This document shows positions 29,901 through 38,178 of a DNA stretch of 64,000 bases, piece by piece. Origin of the DNA: an uncultured Acidobacteriota bacterium. GTDB lineage: Bacteria; Acidobacteriota; Blastocatellia; RBC074. The notes beneath the pieces are model-generated. The model did no database searches, was not told where the DNA came from, and saw nothing but the letters and a program-made list of their open reading frames with translations. How positions within the stretch are numbered: the first letter of the stretch is position 1; every line of letters begins with the position of its first letter. The position numbers and the translations under genes were made by a program. The stretch covers positions 864,001 to 928,000 of the forward strand of contig CAWCKY010000003.1 in the NCBI GenBank assembly GCA_963796275.1, in the 5' to 3' direction.

Positions 29901-32631
29901 ATCCGGTAACGAAATATTGGTGACCCGCAACGATGAGTTGAATAACCGGAATCTGGAGCTATCAGTTCTCAACAACGATCTCAACAATTTATTGGGCAGC
30001 GTCAATATACCTATTCTGGTGCTGGGCAGCGATATGCGCATCAGGCGCTTCACGCCGCAAGCGGAAAGAGTTCTGAGTTTGAATGCAACCGATGTTGGGC
30101 GGCCCGTCGGCGATATCAAGCTCAATATCGGCATGCCCGATTGGGAGGAATTGATTTCCGAGGTGATCTCTACCGTCAGCGTCAGGGAGCGAGAGTTCCA
30201 GGATAAACACGGGCGATGGTATTCGATGCATATCCTGCCTTACAGGACGCCGGATAATAAAATCGACGGCGCAGTGGTAGTGCTGATCGATATCGATGAT
30301 CTCAAGACTTATGCCGAAGCAATCGTCAAGACGGTCCACGAGCCGCTAATCGTCCTTGACGAGAACCTGCGCGTGCGCACGGCAAATCGTGCCTTCTATG
30401 AGACTTTCAATCTCTCGACGGAAGAGGCGCAGAACCGATTCATATATGAGTTGAACAACCGACAGTGGGAGATCCCCAAGCTACGGACGCTGTTAGAAGA
30501 AACACTGCGGCGCAACAATCAGGTTCAAGACTTGGAAGTCGAACATGAATTTGAGAACATCGGATTGCGGACGATGCTCCTGAATGCCCGCAGACTCAAA
30601 CAAGTAAACAGCCGCGCGCCCTTGATCCTGCTAGTCATCAGGGACATCACAGAACGCAAGCAGACCAAAGCGCTGCAAGAAAGCGAAGATCGGTATCGCA
30701 ACTTATTCAGTTCGGTGCCCGTCGCTGTCTTTGTCAGTGACCGCAACTCAGTCATTCAACATTTCAACCAGCGCGCTGTCGAGCTTTGGGGACGAGAGCC
30801 GGTGTCCGGGAAAGATCATTACGGTTCAATAAAGTTTTATCTTCGGGATGGCACTCCGTTATCACGCGTGCAGAGCCCGATTGCGGAAGTGTTGCACACC
30901 GGCATGCCCGCGAACAATTGGGAAATGTTGATCGAGCGGCCGGACGGCTCACGCATCGCGGTGATCGCCAGCTTCGCGGCGTTGAAAGGCGAGAGGGGAG
31001 AGATCGTCGGCGCCGTCACCACTTTTGAAGATATCACCGGGCTCGATCGAGCTCGGGAGGCCGTTCGAGAAAATGCCGAGCGGTTCCGCATAATGTCTGA
31101 TTCCATGCCGCAAAAAATCTTCACCGCCCGACCCAACGGCGAGCTGGATTATTGCAACCAACAGTGGATGGAATTTACTGGCCATTCTTTCGAGCAGATC
31201 AAAAACGGAGGGTGGACGCAGTTCATTCACCCCGATGATGTAGACGAAAATATACGGAGATGGCAACACTCGCTCGACACAGGCGAGCCGTTTCAAATCG
31301 AGCACCGTTTCCGGCGCGCCGACGGCGAGTACCGCTGGCACCTCAGCCGTGCGCACGCGATGCGCGATGCCAATGGAAAAGTCCTGATGTGGATCAGCTC
31401 CAATACGGAAATCGATGATATGAAGCGCGCCGAGGAAGAGCGCAATCACCTGCTCGCCTGTGAGCAGGCGGCGCGCGAAGAAGCTGAAGATGCCAACCGC
31501 ATAAAAGATGAGTTTCTCGCCACCGTCTCACACGAATTGCGCACGCCGCTCAATGCGATGCTGGGTTGGGTTCAGATTTTGCGTGCGGGCCAGTTGAATG
31601 AGATCGAAGTCATACAGGCGTTGGAAGCGGTAGAGCGTAATGCGAAGGTTCAGAACCAGCTCATCGCTGACTTGCTCGATACCTCGCGCATTATTATGGG
31701 CAAGCTGCGTTTTGAGATGAGACCGGTCGAACTTTTTCCGGTGATCGAAGCTGCGCTGGAAACCGTTCGCCCAGCCGCTGAGGCAAAGGGCCTGAAATTG
31801 ATACTGAAACTCGATCCCAGGGTAGGCATGGTGATGGGAGATGCGGATCGATTGCAGCAGATCGTCTGGAATCTGCTCGCCAATTCCATCAAGTACACGC
31901 CTCAAGGCGGGCGCGTCGAGACACGGTTGCTGAGCGAAGAGAAGACTGTGACGATCATCGTGCGCGACACGGGCGAGGGGATATCTCCGGAATTTCTGCC
32001 TCACGTCTTCGCGCGATTCCAACAAGCAGACGATGCGACGACGCGGCAGCACGGCGGACTGGGGTTAGGGCTTGCCATTGTGCGCCATCTGGTCGAGGCG
32101 CACGGCGGGCGAGTCAGCGCCTCTAGTGAAGGAACAGGCCAGGGCGCCACCTTTGCGGTGACATTACCGCTGATCGCATTATCAAATTCGGATTACGAAC
32201 CGCAAAATAAAGATTCGACTGAACAATCCGCGATTCTCACCGGCTTGCGGGTGCTCGTGGTGGACGACAGCTCCGACGCGCGCGCGTTGTTGAGAATGGC
32301 ACTTACGCATCGCGGGGCCGAAGTGAGAATCGGCGACTCGGTGCGAGCCGCCCTCGACATTCTGAAACAATGGCGGGCGGATGTGCTGGTGAGCGATATC
32401 GGAATGCCGGACGAAGATGGTTATGATCTCATCAGGCAGGTGCGGTCGCTGCCGGTCGATCGCGGGGGAAATATACCGGCTGTTGCTCTCACCGGGTATG
32501 CCAGCGCAGGGGATTCTGCCCGCATCCTCGCAGCGGGCTATCAGATGTTCGTACCCAAGCCGATCGATCTGGACGAGCTGGTAGGAGTAATCGCGAGCGT
32601 CATCGAACACGTCCGCGTTAGCGCGGGCTAG
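26986..32631 (+). CDS. CheB-CheR-coiled coil-PAS(n)-HisKA-HATPase-REC hybrid kinase
   Basis: CheB-like N-domain; CheR motifs INVTSFFRN, IWTPGCSTGEEAYS, DLISCRNLLIY; several PAS/PAC domains; SHELRTPL; REC SDIGMP. ORF opens at 26947; GTG 26986 is a plausible start. Confidence 0.92.
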   Translation: MKKTASKASATETDLADSDASSQREGDRSGAREPDRNRAFPVVGIGASAASLEAFREILEHLPAGTGMAIVLVQPIDHTSPNIQIDLLSLSTGMQVTEVRDGTVVRPDHIYVIQSQSRVAIAEGVLHIVPGEWGRGRHRPIDYFLRTLARDRRHRAIGVILSDTDSDGVLGLEAIKIAGGITLAQDARSAKFDSMPSGAIAAGHVDIVLTPEGIARELARISRHPYITPLRTEAQSAGRHTVRKILSLLQKAKGIDFTDYKPNTLHRRIARRIVLNKLEGIEDYIQFLRAQAAEVEALYQDILINVTSFFRNPEIFAVLKERVFPLIVQRRVADATIRIWTPGCSTGEEAYSIAISFAEFAGEQAEHLPVQIFATDLNDKGIEKARTGFYTKEIAKDVSPERLRRFFTEAEGGYFVNQSIRDMVVFAQQNVLSDPPFSRVDLISCRNLLIYLEPVLQKQVLPTLHYSLKPAGILWLGKSETVGSTTGMFTPLDKKHRFYSKKTVPTPLTVKAMSGDAAYQQAAAAQKANYDGTQVRNDRAVHKEADRVLLARYSPASVLINADMEIIEFRGTASAYFEPTSGKATLHLLKMASEGLMILLHSMIKQAKTDDATVRKEGVRINSDGVSRIINLEVTPIKGRTANEHCFLVAFEPASEQNPGQAAKPRAAKTGRTTGRNSGRAKESDRLRQELAAARAYVQSLVEQHKAANEELQSANREIQARNKELQSINEEAKTAREALESGNKKLAILNDELNNRDLESDRLQQELAAARAYIQSLAGQHKGVTEELQSANQEIQARNEELQSSNEEVKTARESLESGNKKLVILNDELNSRNLEADRLQQELAATRAYIQSLAGQHKAANEELQSANQEIQARNEELQSINEEVKTARESLESGNKKLVILNDELNSRNLEADRLRQELVATRAYIQSLVEQHKAANEELQSANREIQASNEELQNINEELKTAREELESGNEILVTRNDELNNRNLELSVLNNDLNNLLGSVNIPILVLGSDMRIRRFTPQAERVLSLNATDVGRPVGDIKLNIGMPDWEELISEVISTVSVREREFQDKHGRWYSMHILPYRTPDNKIDGAVVVLIDIDDLKTYAEAIVKTVHEPLIVLDENLRVRTANRAFYETFNLSTEEAQNRFIYELNNRQWEIPKLRTLLEETLRRNNQVQDLEVEHEFENIGLRTMLLNARRLKQVNSRAPLILLVIRDITERKQTKALQESEDRYRNLFSSVPVAVFVSDRNSVIQHFNQRAVELWGREPVSGKDHYGSIKFYLRDGTPLSRVQSPIAEVLHTGMPANNWEMLIERPDGSRIAVIASFAALKGERGEIVGAVTTFEDITGLDRAREAVRENAERFRIMSDSMPQKIFTARPNGELDYCNQQWMEFTGHSFEQIKNGGWTQFIHPDDVDENIRRWQHSLDTGEPFQIEHRFRRADGEYRWHLSRAHAMRDANGKVLMWISSNTEIDDMKRAEEERNHLLACEQAAREEAEDANRIKDEFLATVSHELRTPLNAMLGWVQILRAGQLNEIEVIQALEAVERNAKVQNQLIADLLDTSRIIMGKLRFEMRPVELFPVIEAALETVRPAAEAKGLKLILKLDPRVGMVMGDADRLQQIVWNLLANSIKYTPQGGRVETRLLSEEKTVTIIVRDTGEGISPEFLPHVFARFQQADDATTRQHGGLGLGLAIVRHLVEAHGGRVSASSEGTGQGATFAVTLPLIALSNSDYEPQNKDSTEQSAILTGLRVLVVDDSSDARALLRMALTHRGAEVRIGDSVRAALDILKQWRADVLVSDIGMPDEDGYDLIRQVRSLPVDRGGNIPAVALTGYASAGDSARILAAGYQMFVPKPIDLDELVGVIASVIEHVRVSAG
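29032..29955 (+). repeat. Four tandem 231-bp (77-aa) intragenic repeats
   Basis: GAA(T/G)CGGATCGCTTAC starts at 29032, 29263, 29494 and 29725. Confidence 0.97.
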
Positions 32632-32662
32632 TAGATATGGTAGCGGTTGACCGGCTCCAAAT

Positions 32663-33253
32663 TTAAATCATTTCTTTACGCGAATGTTGAGCACGCGCGG
32701 CACCAATCGCCGATTTTACATTTTTCTCCGCCTCTGGAGGCGGCAACACTGCCCGCATTCCCAATGAAGCGATCCACAACTCGCGGCACCAACCCATACC
32801 GTGATAAAGATGTTCGTCTTCTTGTTTCTCGACCTCGTTACACGCCTCTCTGAGGGCTTTTGCTTCTTCTCCTTTAGCCTTCTCAGCACAAAGCGAGAGG
32901 AGTTGCCAATTGGCATGGTCTTTGGTTTCAGCCAGCACTACAGACTCGCAAGCGACAATCTCTGCCATTTCAGGGGTTCCGCTTTCATGCGCCATTTCTA
33001 TCGCCAGCACCAGAGCGTCCCCGAGATGACGTATGACCTTACGTCCCGGGGAGTCTTGTTCCGGGTCGAGACGAAATTTTTCAAATAACTCGCCCAATAT
33101 CTCAACATGAAGATTCGTTTGGTCGAGATACTCTTCCCATTTTTTCTTCAGGTGCTTATTGACCGCGCATTTTAATGCGGTCTTGTATATCTGAACTCCA
33201 CCGAGCTCAGTTTCCAGCGATTGCAGCAAAAGTTCGTTCAGTTGTTGATTCAT
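32663..33253 (-). CDS. Ferritin-like (DUF892/YciF-related) stress protein
   Basis: LETELGGVQIY, AETKDHANW, EKQEDEHLYH. Confidence 0.8.
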   Translation of the reverse strand: MNQQLNELLLQSLETELGGVQIYKTALKCAVNKHLKKKWEEYLDQTNLHVEILGELFEKFRLDPEQDSPGRKVIRHLGDALVLAIEMAHESGTPEMAEIVACESVVLAETKDHANWQLLSLCAEKAKGEEAKALREACNEVEKQEDEHLYHGMGWCRELWIASLGMRAVLPPPEAEKNVKSAIGAARAQHSRKEMI

Positions 33254-33374
33254 GTTTGTCTCCTTCGGTCGGATTCAACAAGTCATCACCATCCGCCGTT
33301 ATTAAAATATCGCCGCTTCCATTTTCCATCGTTTTCGCGAAGCACTACGACTGTATGGAACATGTGTGCGGAAA

Positions 33375-33527
33375 CTATAACGCCGCTCTACGCCCTGTGA
33401 TGAGATTGTAGACCAGTACAATCAGCGCAATAAGCAGCAGGAGATGTATGAATCCACCCAGTGTGTATGAGCTGACCATGCCGAGTAGCCACATAATCAA
33501 GAGAATTACAAAAATTGTCCAAAGCAT
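33375..33527 (-). CDS. lmo0937-family small membrane protein
   Basis: MLWTIFVILLIMWLLGMVSSYTLGGFIHLLL...; AAGGAGG SD. Confidence 0.9.
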   Translation of the reverse strand: MLWTIFVILLIMWLLGMVSSYTLGGFIHLLLLIALIVLVYNLITGRRAAL

Positions 33528-33561
33528 TTCATCCTCCTTTTTCCAACCAGTTATTAAGTAG

Positions 33562-33576
33562 GCAAGATTCAGACCA
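33562..33576 (-). promoter_or_regulatory. sigma54 -24/-12 promoter
   Basis: TGGTCT-GAATC-TTGC, 35 bp before the lmo0937-like start. Confidence 0.55.
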
Positions 33577-33800
33577 AAGGATTGGCAGACAGCTATTGCC
33601 GAGTAACACAGGCAAATTTGCTTCAATGGTTTATCGACGGGAATGTGCGAAGAATGAATAAGTTGGATTTGTTCTCGCCGTCTGTCTGAGCCTGATGCAT
33701 AAGTAGAGAGACGCGCGTTTATTGATGACCCGACCGATGATTATCAATGAATTGCCAGAACAAAGTTCAACAAACTTCGCCAAACAGCTGAGTAATCAAA

Positions 33801-33865
33801 AGCAACGAGGCGCGCCGCGGTAATCGGTATAAGCTCCGAACCGCTAAGCGCGCCTCGTCGTTGCT
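33801..33865. terminator. Long stem-loop downstream of the SYLF gene
   Basis: AGCAACGAGGCGCG...CGCGCCTCGTCGTTGCT inverted repeat. Confidence 0.5.
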
Positions 33866-33883
33866 GACTAAACTAGAAGCTTG

Positions 33884-34651
33884 CTATCTATTGGCCTTGA
33901 TCTTGTTACGTGATGTATATCTCGCCAGTGTATTAGGGAATGTTCTGATTTCAGCCGGTGCGCTGACTTTGTTTTCTTGCAGCACTTCTTTGGCTGAGAC
34001 TTCCCGGCCATATGCGTCAAGCATATCATCTTTATCAGTTTTGATTACCACGCCTTTCAATTCCAAGCCGGCAAATAAGCCTTTACTGCGCGAGTATGAA
34101 AGCATCTGTGCATCGAATAATGCGTCGGTCGATGCGCCAGCTTGCCGTCCAACCGGCCCTGCTGCTACTGATGCGTCTCCGCCCAACTCGAATTTCGATT
34201 TAAGTAGAGAGGCGACTCCTTCCTTGTTCATGATCAACAAGACAAAATCAGTCGCCTGCGCTCCTATCTGTAACCCGAAACTACCTCCGCCGAGGTTCAA
34301 ATATATCGGTGCGCTCCAGCTATTGCGCACACGGCAACTCGCAACTCCGCGCCCGCCGCGTCCGCCGACGATGAACCCCGCCTTGAGTACGTCGGGAAAT
34401 ACAGCAACGCACTCGGCCTTCTCGAGGATGTTCTCAGGTATCGCTTTTTCAGAGACATTCATGATTTCGGTAAAGACTTTCGCGGCCTTGGTTGACTGCT
34501 CGATCTCATCTTTCATGTCACGCGCACCTTCGCCGCTCGTTTGCGTTTGCCCCTGTGTGTTATCTATCTCCGCTTTATCCTGTGCCAGCACATTACCGTA
34601 GAGAGCGAGAACGAAAACGATAGCTAAATTCGGCATTATTTTCCGTTTCAT
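33884..34651 (-). CDS. Lipid-binding SYLF (Ysc84-like) domain protein, exported
   Basis: Signal peptide; KAGFIVGGRGGRG, GGSFGLQIGAQ, SYSRSKGLFAG. Confidence 0.92.
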   Translation of the reverse strand: MKRKIMPNLAIVFVLALYGNVLAQDKAEIDNTQGQTQTSGEGARDMKDEIEQSTKAAKVFTEIMNVSEKAIPENILEKAECVAVFPDVLKAGFIVGGRGGRGVASCRVRNSWSAPIYLNLGGGSFGLQIGAQATDFVLLIMNKEGVASLLKSKFELGGDASVAAGPVGRQAGASTDALFDAQMLSYSRSKGLFAGLELKGVVIKTDKDDMLDAYGREVSAKEVLQENKVSAPAEIRTFPNTLARYTSRNKIKANR

Positions 34652-34708
34652 GTTTAATCTGTTCCTCCTCAAATAATTTTTCCATTTCAAATGCATATAA
34701 GTTAACAG

Positions 34709-34723
34709 GCAATTACTATGCTA
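34709..34723 (-). promoter_or_regulatory. Variant sigma54-like box (AG instead of GG at -24)
   Basis: TAGCAT-AGTAA-TTGC, 58 bp before the SYLF start. Confidence 0.35.
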
Positions 34724-34755
34724 CAACCTGTGAAATATAAGGTTCTTCCAATAAC

Positions 34756-34770
34756 TGGCATTAGTTTTGC
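34756..34770 (+). promoter_or_regulatory. sigma54 -24/-12 promoter
   Basis: TGGCAT-TAGTT-TTGC upstream of the DUF421 operon. Confidence 0.72.
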
Positions 34771-34895
34771 TAATCAATGGAGTGGAAGTTGTAGTTGATA
34801 TGACATAAACAAAAGCATGCGCAATTTCAACGCGAGCATACTCTGCAAGGTTGAGGCAACAAATCGATCAGCACCGAACGATAAGTGAGGGATGA

Positions 34896-35477
34896 ATGGA
34901 TACGCAAGAATTACTGATGACTGCGCTGCGAGCGATAGCTGTCTATTTCTTCGTGCTTATCGTCATCAGGCTTATGGGTAAGCGTGCGGTAGGTAACTTC
35001 AGCGCATTTGATCTGCTGGTAGCGTTGATGATCGGCGAGATCGTGGACGAGATGATTTATGGTGACGTGACGCTTCTGCAGGGAGGTATCCCTATCATCG
35101 TCATCGTGTTGTTACATGAGGCGAACGCCTGGTTGAGTTATCTGGGACACGGGTTTGACAGATTGCTCGAAGGCACACCGAGCATCGTCGTCAAAGATGG
35201 CGAGTTTCAGCGAAATGGTATGCGGAGAGAACGACTGAACGAAGCGGATGTGATAGCGCAACTGCGATTGCAGGGCATTGATGATTTGAGCGAGGTTAAG
35301 CTGGCAACAGTCGAGAATGATGGGCAGGTGAGCGTCCTTCGCCATCAATGGGCTGCGCCGCTTCAGAAAGCCGACCTCGGTGGCGAGGCGGCGAGGCAAA
35401 AGATAATTGCGACCGGCGGTCAAGGCGAGACATCACTGGCGCAAAAATATACCGGTTCGTCGAATATGCTCGGTTAG
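34896..35477 (+). CDS. DUF421 (YetF-like) membrane protein
   Basis: RLMGKRAVGNFSAFDL, LEGTPSIVVKDG, VENDGQVSV. Confidence 0.9.
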   Translation: MDTQELLMTALRAIAVYFFVLIVIRLMGKRAVGNFSAFDLLVALMIGEIVDEMIYGDVTLLQGGIPIIVIVLLHEANAWLSYLGHGFDRLLEGTPSIVVKDGEFQRNGMRRERLNEADVIAQLRLQGIDDLSEVKLATVENDGQVSVLRHQWAAPLQKADLGGEAARQKIIATGGQGETSLAQKYTGSSNMLG

Positions 35478-35487
35478 AAGGGTGATC

Positions 35488-35997
35488 ATGGAGATATACA
35501 AAATTCTGTTGCGCGTAGTCTTCGGTTATATCTTTATCCTCATTCTGCTGCGTCTTTCCGGCAAGCGAGGTGTCGCGCGTGCGACAAGCTTCGATTTCGT
35601 CCTCGCGCTTATTCTCGGCGATCTGTTCGACGATCTCTTCTGGGCCGAAGTCCCGGCAAGCCAGTTCGTCGTTGCCGCTGGGACTCTCGTGTTTTTACAG
35701 GTCTTAATCGCGGTGGGAAACAGGATGAGTGAGTCTTTCTCGCGGATTGTCGGATTTCGGGAAGAGGTATTCATGCGCGATGGAAGATTGATCCGGACAG
35801 CAATGCGTCGCGAACAGATAAATGAACGTGATGCCGAGATGCTGCTGCGCCAGCCGGCGGGCATCGCCCGTGAAAGGTGGACTGAGGTCAAAATCGCCCG
35901 CATCGAGCATAACGGCAGACCCTCGGTGCTGAAGCACGAATGGGCGAATGATGCGCAGAAGAAAGATCGCGATATTCTGTTGGAGCTGAAGCTGTGA
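35488..35997 (+). CDS. DUF421 (YetF-like) membrane protein, second paralog
   Basis: RLSGKRGVARATSFDF, IEHNGRPSV. Confidence 0.85.
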   Translation: MEIYKILLRVVFGYIFILILLRLSGKRGVARATSFDFVLALILGDLFDDLFWAEVPASQFVVAAGTLVFLQVLIAVGNRMSESFSRIVGFREEVFMRDGRLIRTAMRREQINERDAEMLLRQPAGIARERWTEVKIARIEHNGRPSVLKHEWANDAQKKDRDILLELKL

Positions 35998-36425
35998 AAA
36001 CTTTGGTTTACTTATCGCTCACGATCGCAGCCGCATTAGCATTGATCGCTGCCATCGTTTTCGGTTTGGGTGATTCGACGACCTTCGTCCCGCCGCCGGA
36101 AGCAGTGGTCGAGAGTTTTGTGCATGAATTGGAGACGAAACGCTATAAACGTGCGATGTCTTATCTCAGTCCAGAATGCAGGGTGAAAGTCCATCCCATA
36201 ACATTGAAAGATTCGATGGAACGTCTCAAGCTAACTACTGGCGAAATCTCGGTAGTGCTTGGAGAAAAGGGCTGGATCCATGGCGATCGTGCCGAGGCGA
36301 GCGTAAAACTCAAAACTGAGTTGGCGGGCCGCGCTTCTCTCAAATTTACCTTGTCTCGCAGAGAAGGGATATGGTTAATCGGCGACCTTCGTTCGCTCGA
36401 GGCACCGGTGCTTGAAATAAATTAA
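35994..36425 (+). CDS. Membrane-anchored hypothetical protein (NTF2/DUF4878-like)
   Basis: GTGA overlap with the upstream gene; N-terminal TM; PEAVVESF...GIWLI pattern. Confidence 0.7.
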   Translation: MKTLVYLSLTIAAALALIAAIVFGLGDSTTFVPPPEAVVESFVHELETKRYKRAMSYLSPECRVKVHPITLKDSMERLKLTTGEISVVLGEKGWIHGDRAEASVKLKTELAGRASLKFTLSRREGIWLIGDLRSLEAPVLEIN

Positions 36426-36494
36426 CGCGCTTTCACCTCACCCATGGTATTCTGTGTTATAAGATTTTTATGGCACATCTCCTTGCCATTTTTA

Positions 36495-36509
36495 TGGCAC
36501 TCTCCTTGC
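36495..36509 (+). promoter_or_regulatory. sigma54 -24/-12 promoter (with an upstream mis-spaced duplicate at 36471-36486)
   Basis: TGGCAC-TCTCC-TTGC, a canonical match. Confidence 0.75.
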
Positions 36510-36624
36510 CATTAGAAAATGCACCCATTAATTGATCTGAATTGTGGTTCCGGGGGGCATACATGTGTATGGAAAAGAGGCAGGCGAATTTTGCTTCGAG
36601 ATACAGAAAGGGGAAGAAGTGCAA

Positions 36625-38133
36625 ATGAAACGGCGATTAATTCGAATGTTTTTATCCGACAATCGGCTAATGCGATTGATTCCTTTCGGTTATCGGCTGA
36701 CACAATCGTTTCCATTTGGTTATCGGCTGACACGATCATTTGGTAATCGAAGACGCATGACACGAGAGATCGGATATAACCCGATTCTACCAGTGATTGG
36801 TGGGATCGGACTTGGCAGCGCTATTATGGCGCTTTTAGATCCTGTCGCTGGGAAGAGACGGCGAGCCAATGTGCGCGAGGGGATAGCATATGCACTGGAA
36901 AACACCAGCGGCACTTTTGGGAGGCGATCGGTGCCATTCGGTTATTGGTTAACGAGATCGATCCCATTCGGTTATTTGAGGCGCACGCCACGAGAAAGCG
37001 GGTATAACCAGGTTCTACCGGTGATTGGTGGAATCGGACTTGGCAGTCTGGTGATGGCTCTCTTGGACCCGGTTGCCGGGAGGAGGCGGCGAGCCCGCGT
37101 CCGTGATGAGATAACGCACGCCCTGGACACGAGCGGCACTATTGGGGCGACTGCGCGAGGGCTCGGTGAGAGAACGCGCGGGTTCGCGGCTCAGGCTATC
37201 TCGGTGATCAAGAAGGATACGCCGGACAAGGCTCTAGCGGGGCGCGTGCGATCTCGGCTCAGTCGTATAGTTTCGCATCCGCGGGCGATTGAAGTTTATG
37301 TTGATCAGGGTCGGGTGACGCTTGCCGGCGCGGTTCTTTCCGGTGAGGTCGGGCGGTTGCTCGATTACGTACGGAATGTGCAGGGTGTGCATACCGTAGA
37401 TAATCGTCTGGAATCTCACGACCGAGCCGATGTTCCGAGTTTGCAGGACGGAAATATGCGCGCGGGTCTGCGGTTTGATCAGGATAACTGGTCGCCAGCG
37501 ACGCGGGTGCTCTCTTCGTTGGCGGGTGGTGCGCTTATGGCTTACGGGATTCGCCGCAAAGGGTTAGCTGGAGCGGCGCTTGGTGTGATAGGGGCAGGGC
37601 TGGTTACGCGCGGAGCTACCAACAAAGGGATTAAGAACCTGATTGGTCTAGCGGAAGGGAATCGCGCCTTCGAATTTCAGAAGACGATCGACATCCAGGC
37701 TCCTGTCGATGCTGTTTACTCTTTCTGCAACGACCTGGCAAACTTCCCGCGATTTTTGTCGCGCGTGCGCGAGGTTGTTAGTAAGGGTAACGGCATTACT
37801 CATTGGGTTGTGGAAGGACCCACGGGTGGGAGTATTGAATGGGACGCAGAGATTACAAGATCTCTTCCCAATCGCACGTTAGCCTGGAAGAGTTTGCCAG
37901 ATATGGTGGTCGATCACGCTGGTCTAATCCGCTTTGATTCGAACCCCGATGGCAGCACACGCGTCGATATTCGACTATCTTACAACCCGCCACTGGATGC
38001 AGCCGGTCATCCCGCAGCTGAACGCTTCGGCACTAATCCGGAGAGTGAGATGGAGGCGGACTTGATGAGGATGAAGAATCTCATCGAAGCCGCAAATCAG
38101 CCAAGAGCAGTGGCTCAGAAAGATAAACGTTAA
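36625..38133 (+). CDS. BON + SRPBCC (cyclase/START-like) domain protein with duplicated N-terminal LDPxxGxRRR membrane anchor
   Basis: LLDPVAGxRRRA twice; BON GRVTLAG...VDNRL; SRPBCC ANFPRFLSRV, IEWDAEIT, LAWKS. Confidence 0.85.
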   Translation: MKRRLIRMFLSDNRLMRLIPFGYRLTQSFPFGYRLTRSFGNRRRMTREIGYNPILPVIGGIGLGSAIMALLDPVAGKRRRANVREGIAYALENTSGTFGRRSVPFGYWLTRSIPFGYLRRTPRESGYNQVLPVIGGIGLGSLVMALLDPVAGRRRRARVRDEITHALDTSGTIGATARGLGERTRGFAAQAISVIKKDTPDKALAGRVRSRLSRIVSHPRAIEVYVDQGRVTLAGAVLSGEVGRLLDYVRNVQGVHTVDNRLESHDRADVPSLQDGNMRAGLRFDQDNWSPATRVLSSLAGGALMAYGIRRKGLAGAALGVIGAGLVTRGATNKGIKNLIGLAEGNRAFEFQKTIDIQAPVDAVYSFCNDLANFPRFLSRVREVVSKGNGITHWVVEGPTGGSIEWDAEITRSLPNRTLAWKSLPDMVVDHAGLIRFDSNPDGSTRVDIRLSYNPPLDAAGHPAAERFGTNPESEMEADLMRMKNLIEAANQPRAVAQKDKR

Positions 38134-38178
38134 CGGATAGTTTAGGAAAGATGGTGTGTGGGGGGGTGTTGGTGGTTT

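Noticed and set aside
29032-29955. Possible CRISPR array
   Set aside because: Repeats are 231 bp, contiguous, in frame and coding, with no unique spacers and no cas genes in the window.
28710-30134. 474-aa minus-strand ORF with Ser/Cys/Leu repeats
   Set aside because: Antisense shadow of the 231-bp repeat region of the CheB-CheR kinase.
33861-34601. 246-aa plus-strand ORF (and the similar 40334..41224)
   Set aside because: Antisense to the well-supported SYLF and DUF4397/CBS genes.
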